Origin: Rubripirellula sp.
GTDB taxonomy: Bacteria; Planctomycetota; Planctomycetia; Pirellulales; Pirellulaceae
NCBI GenBank assembly: GCA_965216875.1
Contig: OZ244207.1
Span: forward strand, 576,001 to 640,000
Length of the DNA: 64,000 nucleotides
Direction of reading: 5' to 3'
The notes beneath the pieces were generated by a model that was given only the letters and a program-made list of their open reading frames with translations, made no database searches and was not told the origin of the DNA. Positions within the stretch are counted from its first letter, which is position 1. The number at the start of each line of letters is the position of its first letter. This document shows, one piece after another, positions 38,654-50,471 of this stretch. The position numbers and the translations under genes are program-made.

Positions 38654-38848
38654 TCAGTTTCCCGCGTCCGCATTACCGGTTGGGACAAGCACCCTCGCAC
38701 GGACAACTCGCAAATCGGCCAAGCGGCAGACGATTTTTTGACGCATGTCACCGTTGAATCTCGTGCCAAGGTAGTGGACGAGGCGACGAGTCCCTCTCAC
38801 ATCCATTCGCAAGGATTCGAAGCCTCGGCCACTACGCACATTGCGAAC

Positions 38849-39007
38849 CTAGGATTGCTTCTCTAGCTCGTCGATTTGTCGGCCAATCTCTTCGGCCTCG
38901 GCTCGCTTCTGGTCGCTCTTCTTCCGATTCACGGTTGAAAGGTCGTACGACTCTTGCATGAGCTTGTTGTACTTGGCTTGCAGTTTGTCTTTGCTTTTTC
39001 CGAACAT
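38849..39007 (-). CDS. Small Lacal_2735-like protein
   Basis: KLQAKYNKLMQESYDLSTVNRKKSDQK.AEAE. Confidence 0.6.
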   Translation of the reverse strand: MFGKSKDKLQAKYNKLMQESYDLSTVNRKKSDQKRAEAEEIGRQIDELEKQS

Positions 39008-39125
39008 CTCTAGTGATCTCTGTCGAGGTCTGAAGTGGTAGGTCATGCTGTGCATGACATCCTATGCCTATCGGTCGAGGCTCATGCACCGCACGAACCG
39101 GACCCAACAGCCAAACCGTGTAAAG

Positions 39126-39521
39126 TCAGTTGACTTCACAGGTTTCCTTGGTGCATCGACCCGTTAGTCGAAGTCGGTTTTTTGCAAAGACCCGATACCC
39201 AAAGCCAAGGCCGTGTGAAACGCCGGGCAGTCGAGTGACGGCAACGAGCGGGCTAAATCCCACAGCCGCGTACAAACGCCGAAAGACCTCGACGCCAAGG
39301 ATCCAACTTCCATCTGGCAGTCGTCCTTGGATCTCATCCATGAACTCCTGCATCGTCTTGCCGTAGTCTGACGGACGAAAGTCAGGATCAGCAATGTCGG
39401 TGAAGAGGATGTTCTGCTTGCGATCCATCCAGCGAAGCAACTTGATCTCACGCAAGCAAAGCGGACACTCGCCATCGTAAAAGACTTCGACCTTCCAATT
39501 TGCGTTTGATGATTCGCTCAT
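39126..39521 (-). CDS. DCC family thiol-disulfide oxidoreductase (DUF393)
   Basis: [10 protein letters not shown] motif. Confidence 0.9.
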   Translation of the reverse strand: MSESSNANWKVEVFYDGECPLCLREIKLLRWMDRKQNILFTDIADPDFRPSDYGKTMQEFMDEIQGRLPDGSWILGVEVFRRLYAAVGFSPLVAVTRLPGVSHGLGFGYRVFAKNRLRLTGRCTKETCEVN

Positions 39522-39902
39522 GATTCAGCTTCCGCGTTCGACGCGTCATTGCGACCAATCAAGTTTTGAACACGACGACTTGGCCCTTTACTTACCGGTG
39601 GAACGTCGACGACCGCTTACGCTCTCGACTCACCTTTGGGAACTCAATAATTCGCCTATTCTCGAGGTTTTGCTTCCGCTCAGCTACTGACGAGCAGAGA
39701 AGTCCACAGCCGACGGGGCCCACTGTTGCCGACCAGTCCATCGTCCACGTTTTGATGCAGGGGACTGTAGGCGAGTCGGCTAGCAAGTCAAGCGTTTGAC
39801 TGACGTCTTGAGAAGGTCGCGTGTGAGGGCACGTGTCGGACTGCTCACTTACGGGGAACGCAAAGTTGCCCGAAAAGCCAAGTCGCATCCCCATCGAACG
39901 TA

Positions 39903-41216
39903 CTAATCTGCGCGAACCGAAAGCTCTTCAACGAGAATCTTCACGCAATATGGCGACCTGCCCTTGCTTGGGTCATCTTGATAACCTCGCACGAGAATAA
40001 TCGCACCCTCCTTCAATGGCGGACAGCGCTGTCGATTGAGGCGTGCACACTCCGTGATCGAGTCAAATGTCGCGTCCGGTGACGCTTGCTGGTAGAAGAT
40101 CGGCGCCATGAAGTGACGTAGCTTGAGATTTCCGTCCTCGAAAATCAGTTGCAGATGGACGTCGCGAATGAACTGTAAAAAGCTGGCTGACGAAACCTCC
40201 ATTTTGCCTGCGTCAATCGAACGTCGGAAATCGACCCAAGTTGAATCGACATCTAATTCAAGCGACCCTTGTTCGACTCCATGACCTTCGAAGGAATTCG
40301 TGTTTGGCTTCGAGACGACATATGAGAGCCTCAATCGGTGAGGTTGGTAAAGAGTGAGATCCTGCTTGATTTCGCGTTTATCGTAGTTACGTATCGAGAC
40401 TTGGACGTCACGGCCATAGTAGCCGCCAAAGTAGCCACGTTTGATCGCCTTGATCCCCAGGACCTCCAGGCCAAATCCATCTAGCCGGTAACGCCCTTCG
40501 CCGTCGGTCTGCGTTCGCTGCTTGCCTGCCGATACCATCACGTCAGGCATTGGATTGCCATCCGAATCGGTGACCGTGCCAACGACGCTTACAGTTCCTT
40601 CACCCTTCACTTTCTTCAGCACGATGCGACCAAGATTCGTTGGCTTGCCCTTCTCAAGCACGACAGGAATCCGCACTGTTTCATAAGGAGGCCCCGGGTC
40701 GAGTTCTATTCGACGATTGCCGCTTCCCCCTTCAAGTACGGATTCCAGACGCGTCCACGGTTGACGTGATGGAACTCGAACGACGCCCGAGTACCCGCCG
40801 CCTGGCACTGAATAACACTTGTACTCGATCTGCTCGGGGACTATGTCGTTGGGGTCCTCAGTGTCGATGTACATCCCGACGATTGCCGTCGCACGCGGTG
40901 AATTCGCGGACTGCATTTTTGCTTGGCGGATCTTTGCCTCGACTTGCTTCTCGATCAACGTCGTTCTTCGATCACTCATACCCGGCGCCGCAGCTGCCTG
41001 ACGCTTGAACGAGATCCGGTTGACCTTGGAGATCTCCCCGCTAACGATCTCACCCTTGTCGGTTCTTACCTTGATGAAACCATCCTTGTACTCGAGCACG
41101 GTGCCGGTCATCTTGCGCCCGTTACGCAAGTAGATCTCGTCGGCGCCGCAGTCACGAACCACGAGTGTTAACAGGGCGATAGTGATGGCGATTCTGATCA
41201 TGCGAATTCGAGTCAT
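39903..41216 (-). CDS. Secreted protein with carboxypeptidase regulatory-like domain
   Basis: Signal peptide, DEIYLRNG, GTVTDSDGNPMPDV...TDGEGRYRL. Confidence 0.7.
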   Translation of the reverse strand: MTRIRMIRIAITIALLTLVVRDCGADEIYLRNGRKMTGTVLEYKDGFIKVRTDKGEIVSGEISKVNRISFKRQAAAAPGMSDRRTTLIEKQVEAKIRQAKMQSANSPRATAIVGMYIDTEDPNDIVPEQIEYKCYSVPGGGYSGVVRVPSRQPWTRLESVLEGGSGNRRIELDPGPPYETVRIPVVLEKGKPTNLGRIVLKKVKGEGTVSVVGTVTDSDGNPMPDVMVSAGKQRTQTDGEGRYRLDGFGLEVLGIKAIKRGYFGGYYGRDVQVSIRNYDKREIKQDLTLYQPHRLRLSYVVSKPNTNSFEGHGVEQGSLELDVDSTWVDFRRSIDAGKMEVSSASFLQFIRDVHLQLIFEDGNLKLRHFMAPIFYQQASPDATFDSITECARLNRQRCPPLKEGAIILVRGYQDDPSKGRSPYCVKILVEELSVRAD

Positions 41217-41588
41217 TGCGTCAAAAAGGCTGCGGAAGGTAAAGGCACAAGGTTGTCCCACGGTGGCAAGGCTTGTCAGCCATTTCCGGTGGCCCGAAAT
41301 TCCCATGGCCTGGCGCTGATGCAGTGATCGTGCGTGCAGCCCATTCCAAGAGTGAGACTTCATCCTGTCCTCGCACTCGCAGCGCGATGACAAGTTCCTC
41401 TTGCCTACATTCCTTGAACCAATCCAACACAGTTGCGACACGGAATCTTCCAAATTGTGCTTTGGGATCGACAATCGCTGGAATCACGTAACCTCCTGTT
41501 TCTTTTCGTTTACGTTGTCGTGATACGGCGCTAGTGCTGCGGATTGCAATTTCGCTTCCACTAGGCTTCGAAACTGCGCATTTCAACA

Positions 41589-41691
41589 CTCTCCCTTGGG
41601 AGAGTCGGGCTCTAAGGCCCGGAGAGGGTTTGTTTGTAGGGCATTCCCTCCCCGGACTTTGCGTCCGACCCTCCCGCAAGCGGGAGGGTGA
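41589..41691. repeat. REP-like palindromic element
   Basis: ctctcccttgggagagtcgg... / ...ccgaccctcccgcaagcgggagggtga hairpins. Confidence 0.55.
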
Positions 41692-41832
41692 TTGTTGGAG
41701 CACGCGTTAAACTGGGCAAACACTTCACCTCATGGCACGGCAACTCCAATCCGTAGCACTAGCTAGGGTGGTTCCAAGAATCGACCGCTGCTACTGTTTT
41801 ACGTCGGTAGTGGAATTTCAGGAGGAAGCTGA

Positions 41833-42957
41833 GTGTCAGAGTATCAATGGGTTGAGTTTCGCGCCGTTGACGCCCCGCTTAACGATGCAGCGTTGGAATT
41901 CATGCACGACCAATCGACGCGTGCCGAAATCGACCGTTGGAGATTCGTCAACGAGTACCACTGGGGCGATTTCCGCGGCGATGTCTCTGAGATGATGCGC
42001 CGAGGTTACGATGTCCACGTTCATTACGCCAACTTCGGCATTCGTCGAATTTGTCTTCGGATTCCCGATGGATTTCTGCACTCGGAGGAATTGGAGTCTT
42101 ACCTTCTCGAATATGAGATCAAATGGGATCCAGACGACGAGGGCGACGGTGGTGTCCTCACGTTGGAACCGGAAGGAGACGCCGGCACGTGGGACTGGAT
42201 GGAAGATATCGAGTCGTTGGCAAGTGATCTGACACCACTGCGTGAGATGATCATCACCGGCGATTTCCGGCCTCTGTATATCGCTCACGTTGCCTTCAAC
42301 TACGACGACGAGGCGATCGAACCACCAGTTCCTCCCGGGCTAGATGGTCAGCACCATGCCCTCGACCGACTTTGCGAGTTCTATGAGATTGATCCCAATC
42401 TCGTTTCGATTGCGGCAGAGGCCTCTCCGCAGCTCAAGTCGTCGACAATGGAAGATGCGATCATTGACTCTTGGCTCAAACAGCAATCAAAAGCTGATTT
42501 GATCAAAGGCTTGGGAAACTGCCTGCGCGAGCCCACGCGGCACCCAATGCAGTTGCTCAGAAAGATCACGGCAGAATCAGCCGCCCCAGTCGTGTTTCAG
42601 TCGGGCAGACGAACGATCATGGAGTTACGCCGGCGAGTCAAAGAGATCGACGCTCAGCAAGAACGTGAACGCAAAACTGCAGCGGCGAACGTAGCGGAAC
42701 GCCGTCGCATCGAAGCCGGGCAAGCTCTTCACGCGAAGCTGGACCAAATCGCAAAGAATCCTAGTAAGTGCATTGCGCGAATCGACGCAGCGATCACGAA
42801 ACGAAACCGCCCGGCTTACGTGCGAGCCGCCGAAGAGCTCACACTACTCGCAAAGGCATGCGGAGCTTCGAAGGCAATCGCAAAGGCGAAGTCCATCCGC
42901 GAAAAATATCCCACTCGCACCGCGCTGAGCATCGAACTCAAGAAGGTCGGGTTTTAG
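41833..42957 (+). CDS. Conserved hypothetical protein
   Basis: 374 aa, GGAGG RBS, MSEYQWVEFRAVDAPL...YHWGDFRGD N-terminus. Confidence 0.8.
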   Translation: MSEYQWVEFRAVDAPLNDAALEFMHDQSTRAEIDRWRFVNEYHWGDFRGDVSEMMRRGYDVHVHYANFGIRRICLRIPDGFLHSEELESYLLEYEIKWDPDDEGDGGVLTLEPEGDAGTWDWMEDIESLASDLTPLREMIITGDFRPLYIAHVAFNYDDEAIEPPVPPGLDGQHHALDRLCEFYEIDPNLVSIAAEASPQLKSSTMEDAIIDSWLKQQSKADLIKGLGNCLREPTRHPMQLLRKITAESAAPVVFQSGRRTIMELRRRVKEIDAQQERERKTAAANVAERRRIEAGQALHAKLDQIAKNPSKCIARIDAAITKRNRPAYVRAAEELTLLAKACGASKAIAKAKSIREKYPTRTALSIELKKVGF

Positions 42958-43482
42958 GGTTCAACAAAAGAGAGGTAAGCGGGTTGTTTCGGGGTTTCCA
43001 AATGGCACCGTTCCCCCGCCCCAATTTCAAACTTCACCCTTCAAGAAATTTGGTTAACTTTCTCCAGGACTGCGGGAGCGGCGCTCGGGTATATCACGCG
43101 ATGTTCGACGCCCTCTCCGATTTGGTTGTTGATCCGCAATCTTCTGTGCCGGGCCCACTTAAATCGGTATCTTCCAAGAGACGAGATCGCATCATTGCTG
43201 AAATAGCAGACCGTCTTCTCGATGCCGAAAAATGAATCGCACCGCGTCTGGACTGCACATGAAATGCCGATTCGATCTTTGGTTCTTTCAATTGCTAACG
43301 TCAAACTGGGGATGGCGAGACGTTAAAGAGTCCTTCGCGCGAAACACCCGATCCTATCCCCGCTCCCGCTGTAACCAACTGGGTAAACGGGTTCGAATCG
43401 ATCGTTCCCCGGTGAGGCGGGCCAAGGTACAATACGATCGCCACTCGCCACACGCCGGATCGAATAACAAGCAATTCATACG

Positions 43483-43728
43483 ATGGTCACCACTGAAATC
43501 GAGCGTGAATACCGGCGACGCTGCCAGGCAATGTCGCCTGCAGAAAGATTTTCCAGGAGCGCAGCGATGTTCGCCTAGACCAGCGACCAAATGGCCCGGC
43601 GGATTCGTGATGTCGAACCCGAACTTTCCCATGATGAGATCAAGTGGCGGGTCGCATTGAAGCTCAATAAGAGCGAACCTGAAGTGGTCAAGCTGATTCA
43701 GGAGCACATGGCCCGTGTTTCCCGTTGA
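43483..43728 (+). pseudogene. Small helical protein with an internal stop (putative partner of the next gene)
   Basis: In-frame TAG at 43576; frame continues to a TGA overlapping the next ORF. Confidence 0.5.
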
Positions 43729-44050
43729 GGCTGTCGAAAGAACGATTGGAAAGTTCGTCGCGATCGCTGAAACCATAGAGCTTCCGTTCCACTTGACCGG
43801 TGGATCAGTCAGTTCAGCATACGGAGAGCCCCGTCTAACTCAAGGCATTGATTTTGTCGTGTCCCCGGGAGTCGCTGAGCGACGTGCCGAAGACATGATT
43901 CAGCTATTTTCTGCCTCTGACTTTCTATTCACAGAGACCGTTGTTAGACAAGCAGTAGAGTCTGGCGATCTATTTCAGTTACTTGACGAGTCGGAATGCT
44001 TGAAACTCGACGTTTATCCAAGAGAGCTAATCCCTGCAGAACTCCAATAA
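43715..44050 (+). pseudogene. Truncated nucleotidyltransferase-like protein
   Basis: LTGGSVSSAYGEPRLTQGIDFVV NTase-like motif; ends abruptly before AT-rich DNA. Confidence 0.6.
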
Positions 44051-44739
44051 GTAGTTGTTGTCACCTGCAATTGCTGTTTTTGTAAAGTAAAAATGACGAT
44101 AAAAACGCATCCATGGAAACTTGGTGTTTTACTATTTAAACCGATCGAGTATCTCCAAAATGCTGCGAGAGTAACGAGTGTCGCACTGCCCATTCTTGCG
44201 AACGTCCGAAACAACTCTGGCCGCGGCTGATTTCGTTTCCGGATCGATGCAGCTACCTAGCCTGGCAATAGCGGCAGTTCGTCTTCGTCGCCATCAAACG
44301 CGTCGGCCAATTTGTGGATGAGCTTCTCCGGCGGATAATCGTCAAAATACAGTTTTCCGTTTTCATCCTTGTTGATGTACGACACGTTTACGGACAAGCG
44401 ATTCGTTAGCGATTGCTTAGTCATTTCCGCTGAATTCTGAGTGATCGAACTCGTTCACCCGAACTTCATGAGCTGGCCCATCCCGGCTGTCGCCCATGAT
44501 TGTGCCCACCCCTGCAGAAGGGTAAGCTAGCGACACTCTTAGGTCAAGCAGCATGCGTGCGGGGCGGAGATGTCCAAAGAATGCATTGAACAATCTACGT
44601 ATACGTCAGAGCTTGAGGAGGCTTACAGCAGTGCACGTTACCCATTCGACTTCTCATGCTCCGGTGCTCGTGATTATCTCTTGAACACAGCCGTAGATTC
44701 TGCGTCTGTGTTTCTCGATGAGTTCCAAGGAAGTGGTGC

Positions 44740-47700
44740 ATGAACAAGCATGATCTTATGGAAGACGAGATCACTGGCTGGGCCAAGTTTTGGGCGACGT
44801 GCACGCGGCTTCTGACGACTTATCCCGATCGCCCAGCAACAATGAGTGGCGAATCTGAGGCGAAAAAGCTTGAAAGCAGGCTGAAAATGCTTGCCGAAGA
44901 AATGCTTCCACTGCTTTGTGAAAGCGAATACTGGCTTGCAGACGCATCGGTGGGCAAAGGGAACTGGGCGGCAGTTCCTTGGGTCGCGATCTTTGACTCT
45001 CGGGAGTCAAGCAGTGCTCAGAAGGGGGTCTATCCTGTAATACATTTTTCTCCTGAAGAGCCGGTTGGAATTCGAATCGGACTTGGAGTTGCCGCCACCG
45101 AGTTTAAGTCACAGGCGAATGAGAAGGCCGCAGAAGTTCATTCGGAGCTTTCAACCGAAGAACGCCAAGAACTAGAGAGCGCTGGCTTCCTGGATGTTGT
45201 CGATGGTGACGGTGTTCGAGTGGAGATGGGGACCGGCAACCTCGCGAAAAAATACGCCCGTGGAATGATACTCGAGCGTTTCGTTCCGTTTGATGAGCTA
45301 AAGGCGACACCGAGAGAGTTGACGTCCTCGCTGCAATCGCTGGTTGAGATTTACAAGGCTTGGACGGATCGAAAGCAGGATCGCTCGGGCCACTCTGCCC
45401 ACGCGTCGTTCCTAAATTTGATGCGGACCTACGCCGCAGAAAAGGTTGTATTTCTTAGCCCGAAACGCGATGCCCGGTATTACGTCAGTGATGTCAACGA
45501 CAAAGGTTGCTCTGTTGAGCGACTTGACTCAGACAAGGCTGAGCGTGTTACGGAGTCTGGCTATCAGAGTAGACGCAACTGGCTGCGGGAACAGGGTGGA
45601 GCGGCAGAGCGCGAAAAGCTTGACAATACTGTCGCGCGACACATGTGCTATCTGCAGTCCGCCGACATGTGCCTCGAATCGGACCGGCATACAGCACGGT
45701 ACTTGCCCGATCACCAGGTGGCCTGTGAACAGTTTATCTCGCATGTCATCGAGATCAGTTCTCCCACGCGATATAAGCCAGTCATACTCTCATTGGTGAT
45801 TGAAGCAGTTCGCGACGGCGATCTAACCGAGAATCGGATTACGTTCGACTGGCTACTCCCGCGGTTTATCGACCGACTTGCCAGGTTTGAACAAGAAGTC
45901 GGTGAGCAACAGCTTGCAGAGGGTTTCGCCCGAATGGCATCGACGTCTGGAGCGTTTTGGCTTCTCGCCTACGACGATCCTCATCATCAACTTTCCGAAA
46001 AGCCCGATGCCAGCCAGATTAAGCGCAGGATCTCCCATGCTCGACTCCATGAAGCGTTCTGGAACGCTATTCAGCAACCGTCTCTTCAGCAACACATACT
46101 TGACGCGATCGGCCAGAAGTGGTGGCCAGATATGACAAACATTGAGCCGAACAACATATGGCTTGTGCCAGCCTCGGATAGCGCATCACGAATTAATGCT
46201 GATCGCACCCTCGCCACGAAGATCGATAAGAACATCCCTGAGAGGTGTGGGTTATCCAGCGACGGAAATCGTTACGCCTGGGGTACACAAGAGCACAATC
46301 GCTCTGACTGGCAAAGAATGCTTCCTGGTGATTTGTGCCTGATGTACACCCAATCCCATGAAAAGCCGAGCAAAGGCTACTACTACGCCGGCCGCGTTTC
46401 AGCCACGTACGATTCGGCCGAAGTTGCAACGGAACTTTGGAATGATGAAGCATTTCGATTGCTTTTCTTTTTCGACGAGATTCACGAAGTCGATTTTTCG
46501 GTTGAAGAAGTTACCGATGCGTTAAACGAATTTGCGGACTATCAACCCAAAGCTCCATTGGGATTTCGGCGTGTTCGTGAAGATGTCGCGAATGCACTTG
46601 CCGAGAAATATGGTTCCATTTGGAAATGGTTTCAACAAAAACTTCTGCGTATCGAAGGAGGCACGATGGAGCTTTCGAAATGCGTTGGCGAATTAATAGA
46701 GGGCATCGCCGCAGAGGGTTTTGTCTTTCATCCCTGGCAGATTGCAACCTTCGTGACCGCATTGAGAACGAAGCCCTTCGTAATCCTGGCGGGTGTGTCG
46801 GGAACGGGAAAATCGAAACTGCCTGCACTAGTCGCGAAGCTGACGACGGGCAAGATCGAGCGAGTGTCAGTGCGCCCCGATTGGACTGACAGCGCTGACG
46901 TGTTGGGTTACGTCGATTTGCAAGATCAGTTTCGCCCCGGAGTTGTGCTTCAGGCGGCTCAGGCGGCTTCGAAGGATGGTGAGCATTACCATCTCTGTTT
47001 GTTGGACGAAATGAATCTCGCGCGTGTTGAACACTACTTTGCTGAAGTGCTCAGTGCGATCGAAGATCGCCATCCATCTGCCGACGGAGGATACGAAACG
47101 ACAAAATTGGTAGCCCAAGCTCTGCCAGCCGGTTTTGAACAATGGCAAGAACAGACGATACCCGCCAATTTCGGCATCGTGGGAACGGTCAATATGGACG
47201 AGAGCTCGCACGGTTTTAGCCGCAAGGTGCTTGATCGAGCGTTTACCCTCGAGCTCTCGGAAGTTGATTTGGATCTCGGGCAGTCAAGACCGTCCGAGGA
47301 CGTCGAGCCAGCTCAATGGTTGCCGTCATTTTGGCATTGTCGTGCCACTCGTATTTCCGAGTGCGATCCTGATGATCCCAAGTTTCGGTCGGCCGCCAAG
47401 AAAGCGACCGAAGCGCTTCAGCGAGTTAACGAGTGCTTGATGCATAGTCAGTTGCAAGTCGGTTACCGAACACGTGACGAGGTGATTCTGTTTCTTTTGA
47501 ATGCCGACGAACTGAGCGATTTGTTCATCACACGAGATCGCAAAACGGTCGATCCGTTGGACCTGGCATTGATGATGAAGGTGCTGCCGAGGCTGGTGGG
47601 TGGTAGCAATGCAATTCGGCGGACCATGACCGGGCTGCTGGGACTTTCGCACGGGCAATCAATGAGTGAGCCCGATGATGCCGAGACTTTGGTCGAAAAT

Positions 47701-47820
47701 TGGGTTTCCGCTGGGCGACCGGACACCGTTGATGGGGTAACTTATCCGCGAACTGCATCACGGCTGTGTTTGATGTGGGAGCGTTTGACTTACGAAGGCT
47801 ACACGTCATTCTGGTTGTAG
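44740..47820 (+). CDS. mcrB: McrB-like AAA+ GTPase with several N-terminal recognition domains
   Basis: SVGKGNWAAVPWVAIFD (DUF3578-like), GVSGTGKS, DEMNLARVE, NMDE, FSRKVLDRA. Confidence 0.88.
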   Translation: MNKHDLMEDEITGWAKFWATCTRLLTTYPDRPATMSGESEAKKLESRLKMLAEEMLPLLCESEYWLADASVGKGNWAAVPWVAIFDSRESSSAQKGVYPVIHFSPEEPVGIRIGLGVAATEFKSQANEKAAEVHSELSTEERQELESAGFLDVVDGDGVRVEMGTGNLAKKYARGMILERFVPFDELKATPRELTSSLQSLVEIYKAWTDRKQDRSGHSAHASFLNLMRTYAAEKVVFLSPKRDARYYVSDVNDKGCSVERLDSDKAERVTESGYQSRRNWLREQGGAAEREKLDNTVARHMCYLQSADMCLESDRHTARYLPDHQVACEQFISHVIEISSPTRYKPVILSLVIEAVRDGDLTENRITFDWLLPRFIDRLARFEQEVGEQQLAEGFARMASTSGAFWLLAYDDPHHQLSEKPDASQIKRRISHARLHEAFWNAIQQPSLQQHILDAIGQKWWPDMTNIEPNNIWLVPASDSASRINADRTLATKIDKNIPERCGLSSDGNRYAWGTQEHNRSDWQRMLPGDLCLMYTQSHEKPSKGYYYAGRVSATYDSAEVATELWNDEAFRLLFFFDEIHEVDFSVEEVTDALNEFADYQPKAPLGFRRVREDVANALAEKYGSIWKWFQQKLLRIEGGTMELSKCVGELIEGIAAEGFVFHPWQIATFVTALRTKPFVILAGVSGTGKSKLPALVAKLTTGKIERVSVRPDWTDSADVLGYVDLQDQFRPGVVLQAAQAASKDGEHYHLCLLDEMNLARVEHYFAEVLSAIEDRHPSADGGYETTKLVAQALPAGFEQWQEQTIPANFGIVGTVNMDESSHGFSRKVLDRAFTLELSEVDLDLGQSRPSEDVEPAQWLPSFWHCRATRISECDPDDPKFRSAAKKATEALQRVNECLMHSQLQVGYRTRDEVILFLLNADELSDLFITRDRKTVDPLDLALMMKVLPRLVGGSNAIRRTMTGLLGLSHGQSMSEPDDAETLVENWVSAGRPDTVDGVTYPRTASRLCLMWERLTYEGYTSFWL

Positions 47821-47822
47821 CC

Positions 47823-50309
47823 ATGAAGCATCTTTTCCGTATCGCAACCAATCGATTCACGCTGGACTGGCACCGCGTCCGCGAGACCGACCCCGCGGTT
47901 TTGGCTCAAGCGATGCCCGTGATGGGATTGTTGAGAATGGTGCCGCACGATAGCGGACTCCAGTGGCGGGATTTGATGATGCGCAGCGGTGTGCCTGACG
48001 CAACTGCCGGAGACGCCAGCGATCCGAGTGGGCCACCGTTATACGAGCAGACGGAATACCAACTTTACCTCCGAGGCGCAAACGATGGCGACACGGTGGA
48101 AATGCGGCATCGCGATCCCGTCATCACTCGCTCGCTCAACTCGCAGGAGAACGGGCGAGTCGTCCATGGATCGGTGAACTTTCGCGGCCAGATCGGTCGA
48201 AGTTTGTTCTCGGTCTATGTCAATGGAAAGCGGACGTTGGACTTCGAGGTCGAAGTTTTTCCAACAAAAATTGACTATGCTTCGGATTACCAAGACATCG
48301 TCGCCGACGTGCAGTCAATTCTGATAAATCTGGCGTACGAATACTTGCGATCGACATACCAGATGGGCAAGCTTTCCGGTGATCGCCCACCGTCGAAGCT
48401 GGAATGGCTTGTTTTGATCGAGCAGATCATCGACGAACTCGATACCGCGATGAATCATATCGCACAGCAACCGACACGAGCGCTGATCCGACGGGAGCGA
48501 ACGACGCGGCTGGAACGCATACGGCGTGTCGATTCACGGGTGCGTTCGCAGGTGCGACGCGGTCAGGGCAAGGGCTCGTTTATTCAACTAGGTGGGTTTT
48601 CTGCTCGGCAGCAAATAACGCAACGTCCGGCAGAATTGACCTTGGACACGATGGAGCATCGTTGGCTTCGAAACCAGCTTGTAGCCGTTCAACGGTCGCT
48701 AGGACAAATCGCCGCGATCTACGATTCTGAACTTGAGTTGTCTTCGCGGCGCAAGCGTACATTCGCAGGAATCGCTCGATTGGAAACACGCGTGTCGCGG
48801 CTGTTAAGTTTGGAGCCGATGAAAGAGGCCGACGGTGATCCTCCGGTCGGATTCGCGTCACTACAGCTGGTGTCGGCCCCCGGTTATCGCGAGGCCTATC
48901 GGCTACTGATGTTCCTGAAGATGGGGCTACGGTTGGAGGGTGATCTTGTTAGGCTCTCACTCAAGGACTTGGAGGTGCTGTACGAATATTGGACCTACTT
49001 GACCGTCGTTCGCATCATCCAGGATGAACATGGATCACCCGAAAATCTTGACTCTCTGTTCCGACTGCGATCATCTGGCCTGTCTGTCCTGTTGAAACAG
49101 GGGAAAACACAACAGGTTGCCTTCAAGGCAGGACACCACCGAACCATTCGAGTCAAGTATAACCCTAAGTTTGCGAACCAAGAGACGACCTTAATTCCGC
49201 AGAAGCCCGATATCTTGATTCGCTTTGAAGAGGACGGCTGGCCCTTGATTCAACTGGTAGCGGACGCCAAATACCGACTCGACGCGACGGATCAGTACCG
49301 CCAACAATTCAAATCGTTCGGTCCGCCAACAGACGCGATCAATGTCCTACATCGGTACCGCGACGCAATTTTGGAATTTGACCGCAGCGAATCACAGTCA
49401 GCTGGCTTAAAACGCTCGGTCGTACAAGCTGCCGCACTGTTCCCGATGAACCAATTAGCCGGAGACGACTTCCGCGATAGTCGGCTTTGGCAATCCTTAG
49501 AGCGGCTTGGCGTTGGTGCTATTCCTGTGTTGCCGACCAACCAAGCACTCCTAAAAGAGTGGCTGATGTCGTCGCTAAGGCAGGGCGGATGGTCGATGGC
49601 GGATAGAGCTATTGCCAATTTGGTGGACGAGCGGGCCAGGGATTGGCGTATCGCAGCGAGTGAGCCGGTCCTGGTTGGAACATTGAGGTCGCCTGGGGGA
49701 CGCGAGCATTTGGATTGGGTGCGCAGCGAACGCCGCTACTACCATCCATTCGCCAAAAAACAGCGACGCCAATACACGGTCAAGCAAGTAGCGATCTACA
49801 TTCCCACCGGATTTGAAGTGCCAAACGGAATCCGCTATGTCGCAGATGTGAAACATCTTGAAATTATTGATCGTTCCGAGATTCCGACACCATGGACGGC
49901 AAGACGCAACGAGAAGATGGTGCTGTATCATTTGGGGCCAGTTCACGAGCTGGCGCATGCTGTCGATTTCACGGTAGGCGATTCGATGCCGCCACGAGGA
50001 CGTTGGACGACGCGTCTGGGCCTGGAGCGAGCTCGGACGGTAAGCGAGATTGCTCTGGAGACAGAACCCGAATGGCGTCTTCGGGAATGGCTTCAAGCAA
50101 ACCGATTCAATCACTCCATCAAACTTGATCCACCGAAAGTACTAAGTTCCGAAAACCCGAAAGGTCGTGCGTGGTTTTGTTTCGACTCAGGGAATCGGTT
50201 GAGATTTGACGGCGCGAATCGCTTTCTAAGTCGCTCCGCAGATGGAATTGATCGCTATTACAAACTAGAAGAGCTACTTAAGCACGACCTTAATTCAGCC
50301 GGTCCGTGA
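47823..50309 (+). CDS. mcrC: McrC-like DUF2357 / PD-(D/E)xK nuclease
   Basis: VFPTKIDY, LYEYW, KPDILI...DAKYR, INVLHRYRDAI. Confidence 0.85.
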   Translation: MKHLFRIATNRFTLDWHRVRETDPAVLAQAMPVMGLLRMVPHDSGLQWRDLMMRSGVPDATAGDASDPSGPPLYEQTEYQLYLRGANDGDTVEMRHRDPVITRSLNSQENGRVVHGSVNFRGQIGRSLFSVYVNGKRTLDFEVEVFPTKIDYASDYQDIVADVQSILINLAYEYLRSTYQMGKLSGDRPPSKLEWLVLIEQIIDELDTAMNHIAQQPTRALIRRERTTRLERIRRVDSRVRSQVRRGQGKGSFIQLGGFSARQQITQRPAELTLDTMEHRWLRNQLVAVQRSLGQIAAIYDSELELSSRRKRTFAGIARLETRVSRLLSLEPMKEADGDPPVGFASLQLVSAPGYREAYRLLMFLKMGLRLEGDLVRLSLKDLEVLYEYWTYLTVVRIIQDEHGSPENLDSLFRLRSSGLSVLLKQGKTQQVAFKAGHHRTIRVKYNPKFANQETTLIPQKPDILIRFEEDGWPLIQLVADAKYRLDATDQYRQQFKSFGPPTDAINVLHRYRDAILEFDRSESQSAGLKRSVVQAAALFPMNQLAGDDFRDSRLWQSLERLGVGAIPVLPTNQALLKEWLMSSLRQGGWSMADRAIANLVDERARDWRIAASEPVLVGTLRSPGGREHLDWVRSERRYYHPFAKKQRRQYTVKQVAIYIPTGFEVPNGIRYVADVKHLEIIDRSEIPTPWTARRNEKMVLYHLGPVHELAHAVDFTVGDSMPPRGRWTTRLGLERARTVSEIALETEPEWRLREWLQANRFNHSIKLDPPKVLSSENPKGRAWFCFDSGNRLRFDGANRFLSRSADGIDRYYKLEELLKHDLNSAGP

Positions 50310-50471
50310 CCGGGCGAGGCGGGTGGATTCAAAGGACGAATCGATTGCAGGTTTAGCGAACTTGGCGGCGATGAGACGGAATTGCCTAAACGTCTAGGCT
50401 AATAGACCACCATTCAGAAAACGCCCGCGATGGCTGGCCTTTCCTGGGCGTATCGTTCTTGATGATTGGTC

